From the human T2T-CHM13v2.0 reference genome, Homo sapiens: a stretch of DNA of 64,000 nucleotides. Position 1 is the stretch's first letter. Each line of letters starts with the position of its first letter. Shown here one piece after another: positions 1-10,825 of the stretch. Location: NCBI RefSeq assembly GCF_009914755.1, contig NC_060928.1. One strand, written 5' to 3'. The notes beneath the pieces were generated by a model that worked only from the letters and a program-made list of their open reading frames with translations, was not told the DNA's origin and did no database searches. A program made the position numbers and the translations under genes.

Positions 1-6
1 GTAAGG
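1..6 (+). other. 5' splice site (donor) GTAAGG
   Basis: GTAAGG at position 1 followed by a GT-rich tract (gtgtagatatgtgtgtgt). Confidence 0.75.
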
Positions 7-1097
7 AGTGTAGATATGTGTGTGTAATAGAATGTGGGTGTTTGAAATCAAATAGGTAGGCAAGGACAAGATTATGTAGCGCATACAATGCATTTCCAAG
101 AGATTTGGACCTCATCCATTGGGCTATGGGTTACCCTTGAGAAATTGTAAGAGGATTAATTTGCATTTTAGAAAGTTTACTCTGGAGATTATGAAATGAG
201 TTTACGAAGATGATCAAATCCTGAAAGATTGAATGTCCCCAAATGTGGGAAGCTGTTTTAGACAATATTATTTCAAACTTTTAACATATTTTACAGTTTC
301 CTAAATGCTTATGGGAAGTAGCTCCTAAACTTTATTCCAGATAGGAAGCAGACATTCCTAAAGAAATGCCACTGGTTTCATAGGGTAAAGATTTGGTTTT
401 GGCAGGAAATGAAAAAGATAAAGTGGGTCAGGATAGTGGAGTGTCTTAAGTCCACGGACAGAGAGTATTATTTGGTTGGAGATTTTACAAAATCTTCATA
501 AGGATTGGAAAGGAGTGGCATTTTATTTCTAATTTTAGGGTTTAAAAAGAGCATTAACTTTCCCTGTGCTTTTTGTTATCAAACTATTTGAGAAGTTTGT
601 GGCAGAACAGATATCAGGACTATTACTCAGAAGTAATGCTAGCATTGTGGGTAAACACTACCTTTTAATATGTGCTACTGAGCTTGTGAACATTTTTCAC
701 TAGCATATACCTGACATAACTATTCATTATCTGTGTCTGTGAAGTGCAATTATATTTGGGAAAACCTGCTATTGCAGTATGAAAAGTACTGCAGTATTTT
801 ACCCTCAACAAGATATTTTATTTATGAATGACTTAAAACAGACACTGTGACAACAAAAAATGAATACAAACATGCTTTTTGGTAACAAAAGAAAATAATA
901 CTTTTCCTTAAAATTGTTTGAGTGCCACAGAAAATAAATGGTCCAGTATTCATAAGACTGGTCATGACAGTCTTATGACAGTCATGTCATAAGTGACATA
1001 CAGTTTATTGACATAAGTGAAAATGCTTCTACGCTTTGGCTAATCATATGTGTTATCAAAATGATTATTTAAAATAATTTATTAAAATAATTTTAAT

Positions 1098-1410
<313 letters not shown>

Positions 1411-2685
1411 TTAATTTAAAATATTATATTAAAATGATCTATGGAACAACTAGCCATACTTTATTTTTTAAAATCAGAAGTCTGTCTTCCCAAAATAAAA
1501 AATTTCTTAACTATGGAAAAGGAAATTTTTTTGAAGAGGTGCCTAATCTCCATTAATGATTTGGCTTTTCATGCAGTTGTATTTGCAGTTTGTGTACTAA
1601 TATATTTAGGCGAATTTGGTGACATTATATTGTATAATGGTTCCTGGTTAATGGCTTATTTGAGCTATATCTAGAGCAATTTAGCACTGATACTGTATAG
1701 GAAAATGAGAGAACGGGATTAAATTCGTGGATGTTTTGCACGGAAGTTTTTAATAGGATAATTTATTTGAGCAAACATCCAGTCTATTTAATGAATCTGG
1801 AATGCTGTGGAGCTCAGAAGTCCTTAATATGTATTCACTGAGAGCCCCCCTTACCTGCCTAGCTCATTCAGATGAAGTGAGGTCCCTGTTCTTCAGGCAT
1901 CAAACTCTATTTGATGAGGAAATCTAAAACACATAATGAGAGAAGTGACAAAAGGCTCGTGGATACTACTAGCCAGCCAGAAGACAGAAGTGTGAGCCAG
2001 AAGAGTTGGGAAGTGTTCGTGAAGAAATAGAATGCAAACAGGGCTAGAACTGGGGAGACTGAAGTAGAGAGACTGTTCCCATCCATCACCCAGCCACACC
2101 CGTACCCACACATGTACACGAACATGCATGCACGTACAGCAGTAGCAGCAGCAGAAAAGCAAGTACAAAGATGGTTGACAGTACTAAGGGAAATGAGAAT
2201 AATGTGAGGACATAGTAGGAAATAAGCTGGGAGAAATTTGGAGATGGAGAGTTAAGTTTAAACAGGGGGCTATGTGAAGACTATATCAGCTTTTGACAAA
2301 ACTGATATAATGAAAACTGCTTTGGGGTCATTCTGCCAGCTGAACTGAGGCTAAAAGAGAAGGAAGACCACCGGCATAACCAGTCAGGAGACATGCTCAC
2401 TCTAGATGTGATCTAGACTAGCATGGCAGAGGATACGGAGCAGAGAATCCAGACTGAAAGCAAGATCTCTAACCTTGGACCACCGAAACTGGAGATCACT
2501 GAGAGCAATATGGAATTTTTAAAAAGCTTCTTCATTGCTGTTTATACAGGTGCCAAGCCTGTGTAGCTGGCTACAGGTCCTAGCACAGAAACTCTTAATA
2601 AGTCCTGGTTTCCTAAGGGGCCACTAAATGTTGAACAAATGGAAATATCAAGGACCAAAAGTATGCTGCTACAATGATTTGATCA

Positions 2686-2845
2686 TTTTGTTTTATTTAG
2701 AGACAGCATCTTGCTTGGTTGCCCAGGCTGGAGTGCAGTGGTGTGATCATAGCTCACTGCAGCGTCAAACTCCTGGACTCAAGCCATCCTCCTGCCTCAG
2801 CCTCCCAAGTAGCTCGGATTACAGGCATGCATCACTGTGCCTGGC
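2686..2845 (-). mobile_element. Alu monomer (FRAM/FAM-like)
   Basis: Single monomer; TSD atttgatcatttt. Confidence 0.9.
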
Positions 2846-3545
2846 TTCATTTGATCATTTTATTAAGAGCACATGGCAGCTCACCATTGTGTTAAGGCAG
2901 AAAAAAAGCCTAGTACATTTTCTTCTAGGAGCAAATTAAACAAATGTGATATTAAAAATACATACTTCACCTTAACATTGGCCTAATAGAAATGTTTTTG
3001 TTGAATTACATGTCACAAATTGCTTGTGTGGGAGGTTTTTAAAAAAGTAGATATTCTTTGTATGAAGAAAAACTATTGTTTTTACCTAAGTACAATGTAA
3101 GCCTACATTATATAGCAAATCTTACTTTGCTGTTAGGCTGATATGACCCAAGAAAATGTGACGAAGAACTACATTGTGACTGGAGCAAATTTTCTGGAGT
3201 ATGTGGAACCCATGAAAATATCTTGTAAGAAAATAATTGGGGTCCCCTCTTAATGTTGAATTGGCTGTCTTATTTGAGCCTGGGACAATCCTGGGTGTTA
3301 CTGGAGAGACTGGGTCCCAGAGTCACTGTTCCTTGTCAAAAGCTCTTTTTATTAGAGGTTGAAATGCTGTAGGAGTCCTAGGGAGACATTCCCAGACACT
3401 GGTCACTTCCTTGTTGCATCTTGGCAGGTCCCTGTGTTCCTTCCCTGGGTAATGTGTGCTGCCCTTCCCTGACTCATCCTCAGCAGAAGTGAGCCTCCCT
3501 TTCTTGAGACTAACCCCTTTTGTAATACTGTAGGGGTCCTGTGGG

Positions 3546-3701
3546 CAGAATTGGCTATGTAATTGTGGGACACAGTGTAAAATGGAAATGCAGACCCCTT
3601 GTTCAGGAATTACTAAGACATTCAAGACAGCAACAGTATGTTAAACCAAGCCTCGGGCTGTATACGACTGTACAATTTGCACATCCATAAAGGCAGCCCT
3701 G
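3546..3701 (-). mobile_element. MER45A-like hAT DNA transposon relic
   Basis: Resembles recalled reverse complement of MER45A (aaaatggaaatgcagacccc...ggcagccctg). Confidence 0.7.
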
Positions 3702-4129
3702 TGTGTGAGGATAAGCTGTGGTATCCTTGTGCTCTCTTGAGGTCTTGTGAGGCATAGAAGGGCTGCCTTGCCTTTTGCTTAGATGGAAGAAAGGGCATGC
3801 AAGTTGGCTGCTGCTATCCCCTCCTCTTCACATACCCCTGCCAACCATCTAGTGTTAAGAAGAGGGGCAGCTCCTTCCATTCCCTTCTGCACACAGGTGG
3901 TTTTGTTAATGGGAACGTCATTCTCAGAGGAGTAGTTGACTTCTGCTAGCATTCAAGTGCTGGATTGTATGCCACAAAATACAAGAGGAAATTTAAAATT
4001 CAGTGGGTAATGTGGACTGTGAATCAAAGTATGCTGGTGGGACTGAACCCTATGCAGAATGCAGTGTAGAGAGGTTTCATTTTAGAGAGCAAGCAAAAGA
4101 TTAGAGAGCTTTCAATGCCAGGGATGGTA

Positions 4130-5100
4130 CAGTTGATTCTCACTATTCATGGTAGTTGTGTTCTGTGTGTAAACACTGAATTAACAAATACTAAGCTATT
4201 GCTCCTAGAGGAAATACAGGGTTCAGTTCCTAAGAGCCTTTTGTTCACAACTTTTTTTTTAAAGACGGGGTTTTGCTCTGTCAACCAGGCTTGGGTGCAG
4301 TGTCACCATCATGGGTCATGGCAGCCTTCAACTCCTGGGCTCAAGCAGTCCTCCTGCCTCAGTCTCCCAAGTAGCTGGGAAGCTGGGACTATAGGCACAT
4401 GCTACTTCACCCAGCTAATTTTTAAATTTCTTATAGAGACCGTACCTGGCTAGTTATTTTACTTTTTGTAGAGACGGGGTCTCACTTTGTTGCCCAAGCC
4501 AGTCTCAAACTCCTGTGCTCAAACTGTCCTCCCACCACAGCCTGTCAAAGTGCTGAGATTACAGGGATAAGCCACCATGCCCAGCTAACATTTTGATCAA
4601 CCAGTCAATATACAAGCTTGTTTTATGTGTGCTTCTGTTTAAAGCCACCATAGTTAATGTATACTGATGATTGATTAACATTGAATTCATGGCCAACATC
4701 ATTATTACTCACGACTTAAAAAAGCTTCACTAACATGTATTTTCTCCATAAGGTCCATCAGAAACTTCTTTCACTTAGGAACACCAGATAGCACTTCAGC
4801 ATTATGCCCGGGGACCATTTTAAACAGCTAAATCACCAACAAAAAGGTCAAAGAAATGTGCCATGACCATGAAAAGACCGTGAAAAGGACACGTGTTTAC
4901 CATATGAGAAATGAAACAAGGTAGAACATCACCTTAACCTCACCTTGATGTGCACAGCGCAACTCAGATTTTTTACCTCTCTGTGCATGTATGAGAATGA
5001 CCACGAAAGTACCACAAATATTGATTTTGAGATTAAAGATAAATTTTAGCAAGTAGGGTGAACTTGTACTTACAGAATCTGTGAATAATGAGCATTGAAC
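4130..5100 (+). mobile_element. MER82 (Tigger family) DNA transposon, interrupted by Alu
   Basis: TA|cagttgattctcactattca start; ctcctagaggaaatacaggg; degenerate terminal inverted repeat gaataatgagcattga. Confidence 0.75.
4251..4586 (-). mobile_element. AluJ inside MER82
   Basis: Diverged antisense dimer. Confidence 0.9.
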
Positions 5101-5731
5101 ATACTTTGAGTTTCAACTAATAGGTAGCAGTGAGCAGGTCTGAAATGCAAAACCACCTATCAACATGGCAAAGTAAGTTTACTGTTTGGTTTTAAAGGGA
5201 TGATATAGCAGGATATAGTACATTCATATATAATAAACCAAGGCAGTGTTTTTTAAAATTTGGGAGAACTGGTTCAAAGGATGGAAAAAGTTCCTGTGTC
5301 AACATTTCCAAATTAAACATGAAATGTATATTTTTCTCTCTGATAAGAGAATGTGAACAAGGTGTTGTGGGTTTGATAACTGATTGTGCTAATAATCATT
5401 CAGTGTCAGCTAATTACAATGTGTAAACATAAAATGTCCATCTAATAGTAGGTTGCATTAGATTCAGTTCATGAGTCATGTAAACAAGGGTTGTAGCAAA
5501 GCAGGGAGATGAAGAGAGTACAGTTGGGATAGGAAAAGGGTTCTAAGGTCTTTGCATGCTTTTCAAGGAAACTCATGTAGCCCCAAATATTGTCCAGTTC
5601 TAATTATTTGCTAACTAAAGGAGTTTCTTCAGAAAACAGAATTTAGTAGTTGTGATACAATGTTGAAATTCAGGAAATGAGAATTATAAATTTTGAAAGC
5701 ATTCTCTCCTGCATGTCATTTTTGCGTATAA

Positions 5732-6091
<360 letters not shown>

Positions 6092-6474
6092 TAAATTAGA
6101 TACGGCAGTGCTTGATGTGTTGACAACTTCACCAAAAATAAGGTCTTGAAGAAAATTTTAGTCATTCATAAGAAACAGTTTATTTTTATTTTTTATGTGA
6201 AGTAAGGGTGCATATGTTAATCTTTTGGAGATTTTACAATTTTGATTTTTTTCTTTGGTCTAAGTTGCTTATATTACTTTGAAAACAATTCTCTGCAGTG
6301 TTGGAAGTGCCTAGGAAGCACGTATAATTGCTTTCTTGCAGCAAAAGTTTTAAAAATATTTTTTAAAAATTGTCTTTCTGCCTTGTAAAAATCCATCCTG
6401 TTTTCTGCAGCCTGGTGTGCTATTTGGACTAAAGTTTTGGTTTGTAGTTATTCTTGCCATAGTTCCCCAAATCA

Positions 6475-6510
6475 TGTTTGTTGTTGTTGTTGTTGTTTGT
6501 TTGTTTTTTT
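6475..6510. repeat. (TTG)n/(TTTG)n microsatellite
   Basis: tgtttgttgttgttgttgttgtttgtttgttttttt. Confidence 0.9.
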
Positions 6511-6813
6511 GAGACTGATGTGTTTTTTATTCCTTGCAGTGTTCCATTTCACTGAGACGGGGTGAACAATTACCTCCCTCTCCCTTTTGATACTGTTTTG
6601 CCTTTTAGATGAGTATATGTTTTAAAAAATTGTTTGCTGACTTACCTAATCCAAGTAAGAATGTTTGCTATGAGAAAATTCTGATTTAATTCATTTTATA
6701 ATGAAAAGTCTGCTTAGTATGCTTTTGAACAATTTATGGGCTAAATTTTGGAAGATTGTCTTTCTAAATTATTTTTTGTTCTCTGGAGCAGTGGAAAAAA
6801 AACACCTGCCTCT

Positions 6814-6852
6814 CATACACGTGTACACACACACACACACACACACACACAC
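6814..6852. repeat. (CA)n microsatellite within a 39-nt alternating purine-pyrimidine tract
   Basis: catacacgtgtacacacac...acac. Confidence 0.95.
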
Positions 6853-6896
6853 TGTCTCTCTCAGTTTCAGGTTGTATTTGAGAAAAGCTTGCTTCT

Positions 6897-7055
6897 TGGA
6901 GATTCACAGTGCACATTAGCATATCAGAAACTTTTAAAAGTCCTGAAGTGAAGAAATCTGTTGGAACATTTCTCATATTACTCAGCCACAGAACCCTTTA
7001 ATGCAAGAATACCTTATTAATGTCTCCTTGGACTGGTGTTTCATAAAATGCTGCC
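6897..7055. mobile_element. hAT-Charlie (Charlie4-like) fragment
   Basis: ggagattcacagtgcacattagcatat...gccacagaaccc resembles recalled consensus. Confidence 0.45.
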
Positions 7056-7064
7056 CTGAAGACA

Positions 7065-8300
7065 AACGAGCACTTAAATATTTACTCAAATATAATGAGT
7101 AGTACTCAAATCTGTTTAAAGCTCTGAGTTCAGTACAAGACATGCAATTGGTCATTAAGACCCATCACCGTCTTCAAGAAGAAAGCAATGAAGGAGAATA
7201 AAATACAACGTGTGATAGGTGTTGTGAAAGAGGAAGTGCAGGATGCTGCAGTGAAATGATGTAAAAGGGGCACCTAACCCACACTTAGCAGGGAAAGCCA
7301 CCTGAAGAAAGGATAAGGATTTGCTCATCTGTCTCACAAACTTGAATGGAGTGTACAAATGTTAATAAGACAAAGTGTCTGCTCTTTCAAAGCTTGAATT
7401 CCAGTGTGGCAAGGCAGATAATAGGTAAGTAAACTTAAATTTAACATTTTTCATAGTGAAAAGTGCTATAAAGAAAATGAGGAAATAGCTGATGTTTAGT
7501 AGGAAGAAAGCTCTATTAACCAAGGAAGCTGCTTGCTTATGGAAGCAGCTTTGAAAGTGAGATGGAAACCATGGACTTATTAGTGGCATCGTGAACATAC
7601 AGAGCTTTGTGGGGTTTCTCCAGTTGCATTCACTGACCCAAGTAAAGTACAAAGAATGTAGAGAATTGTGTTGATCAAGATTTGGAGTGTTCTCAGTTAT
7701 GGGCACTCACAGGAAAGTCAAGTCATGGATTTTTGACCCCCTTAAATTGTGGACCGTGGAGAGGGGAGTGAAACCAAGGATGGAGGAATCTCGTGGAGGA
7801 AGGGAGGAATGTAAGTAAGAGACTGAAATTCCAGAGGTTGATGTATGGGTGTCATAAGACTGAGAGAGTCAGAAGAACAGGAAGTTTGTAATCATGAAGA
7901 TATTTTATTTAAAGGATTTAGAAGTACGGTCCCTCTGAATGATAAAGTCCAGGATGTGGCAGTGGGCTGCAGTGGCAGAAGAATTTTAGTGGTGCTGACT
8001 ACACTGGAGCTGAGGAGGTTGCCTGACCATCACTGTGATCTGTGATATCACCCACAGTAATTGAAGTACCTGGGATGGAGAAGACATGAACCCAGTTCTA
8101 AAGCCTTAACTGAAGAGGGGATTGTCAGAACTGAAGAATACAAACTGGTGTCATTAGATGGCATGAGATTCAAAGGAATGGGGTTTTTGTTTTTATTAAG
8201 GGTGGAGAAGTGATTGGAAAAGTCACTGTGAGCAAGTAGCAAGTGCTTACTTCTCATCCTAACTCTGAGGAAATGAGATATGGGAGAAGGAACAGCTTCC
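7065..8300 (-). mobile_element. L2 fragments
   Basis: Purine-rich degenerate L2 3'-end motifs (aataagacaaagtgtctgctctttcaaagcttgaattccagtg). Confidence 0.5.
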
Positions 8301-8619
8301 AGGGAACCTGAAATGTGGTTTGAGCATATCATTCTGTGGTCTGAAGAGGCTGTGACTTTTCTATGTGGTTAGCAACTGGCAGACACTAAGCTTCAAACCA
8401 AGTCTCCAAACTTGGTTCAAACCAACTCTATACCTAGGGCACTTTACCCTAGCAGCAGAGTTACAGAGGGTACAGGATTTTTTAAAAATCACAAATTCAT
8501 CAAGAAGCCAAATAAATATTAATTTGATGAATGCTGCTGGTGTTGTGAAGTTGTGTGCATAATGGATCATGGAGAACCTAGCATATAACTGTAATTCCAA
8601 AAATGTATTTATTTCTCAT

Positions 8620-8801
8620 CTTTTTCTTCTTCTTCTTCTTTTTTTTTTTTTTTTTTTTTTGAGGTGAGGGTTTCACTCTGCCACCCAGGCTGTGCAGTGG
8701 TGCAGTCATAGCTCACTGCAGCCTTGAGCTCCTGGGCTCAAGGGATCCTCCCACCTCAGCTTCCCAACTCATTGAGACTATGCGTGGGCCACCATGCCCA
8801 G
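8620..8801 (-). mobile_element. AluJ right monomer with (CTT)n/T tail
   Basis: Antisense monomer. Confidence 0.9.
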
Positions 8802-8821
8802 TCTATTTATTATCCTTTAAA

Positions 8822-9175
8822 TGGTGGCTGCAGCAGCTCTGCTGTTCTCAGCTGAGCTGCAAGATAGTAGGGAGTAGGGTGGAGTTAGCTGGGACAGGTT
8901 GTCTGGGGCAGCTTCCCTCCACATGTCTCTCATCCTGCTTCCACCAGCAGGCTGGCTCAGGCCTTCTCATGGTAAAGGCAGAAGCAGGAGGGAGCAAATG
9001 GAAACACATATGGCCTCTGGAAGCCCAGGCTCAAAACTGGCACATTGTTATTTCTGCCTCATTCTGTTGGTTAAAATGAGACAAATGGTCAAACTCTTGA
9101 GACAAGGGTTGATGAAATCCCTACAAAGGACATGTATACAGGGAGGGGTGAAGAACAGGGGACAGTGAATAGTGC
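8822..9175. mobile_element. MLT1 (ERVL-MaLR) LTR fragment
   Basis: ccacatgtctctcatcc...ggctcaaaactggcacattg...ctgcctcattctgttgg. Confidence 0.65.
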
Positions 9176-9813
9176 AATCTCTCATAGAAGCCTGAACTAT
9201 AAGCTTCTATGAGTGAAAGTTAAATGACTACAAAGGAAAATAAATGTTGATGAAGAGCCTACTCTGTCAGGCTCAATGGTAAAATGACAAGAAAAATTTA
9301 CCAGGAACTTCCCAATAGAAAGGATTAGTAATTATAGGATTATAAATAAAGGATTAAGAGTTAAGTAGGCCATAGGGGTGGGGACAAGATTTTGCAAGCT
9401 TATTTCCATTTATAACATATTCTTCCCCATAAGGAAATTTTTATAGGGTTTCAAATGAGCTTTGGAAAATTATTCATAAAATGTTATGACCATCTGTATT
9501 TTCCATATTGCTTAAAATCCCACTCCATAACTAAGTATATTGTCAAATGAAGTTATCAGATCCTAAAATCACATCCTTTTCAGCTACCATCTAGTCAGAA
9601 AGTTGCATATCCAGGGGAACCTGTGGGAAGCACTGGCACATTGGATTTTAAAATAGAGAAATTAGGTACTGTATCTCGTACTTTCATTAGGGCTATGTTC
9701 ATGAAATTTTTATCTCCACCTGTTCTTCATTTGTAATAATGTCTACCCTTCTGCAGAGGTTAGTTATTAAGCAATAAAGTATTTGGAAGTAGCTTCAAGG
9801 TTATAGACTATCA

Positions 9814-10170
<357 letters not shown>

Positions 10171-10304
10171 GTGGGTCAAACACCAACTTCACATTATTGT
10201 GGCAAAAAAAATATTTTTTGACCTTTACTCAGCACTTAGAACAGGCCAGGCACTGTGCCAAGTTAAGAGGTTTATATAGACCAGGCCTCATTTAAGCCTC
10301 ATAA

Positions 10305-10622
<318 letters not shown>

Positions 10623-10702
10623 CATTTTTCAAATTTTTGAGTTTTTAAATTTAAAAAAAAAAAAGGTTTTCCCTGTAAGAAAGAAAATAATACATTGAAA
10701 AA

Positions 10703-10825
10703 TTTTTTTCAATGGAGATGAGGGTCTCACTATGTTGTCCAGGCTGGTATCAAACTCAAGTGATCCTCCTGCCTCAGCCTCACAAGGTGCTAGGATTTTA
10801 CAGACCTGGGCCACCATGCCTGGCC
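10703..10825 (-). mobile_element. FLAM/Alu left monomer
   Basis: Antisense monomer. Confidence 0.85.

Noticed and set aside
2138-2155. Short CAG run
   Set aside because: Interrupted and only about six units
7421-7430. TAG|GTAAGT as a recursive splice site
   Set aside because: No upstream polypyrimidine tract; lies in purine-rich L2 sequence
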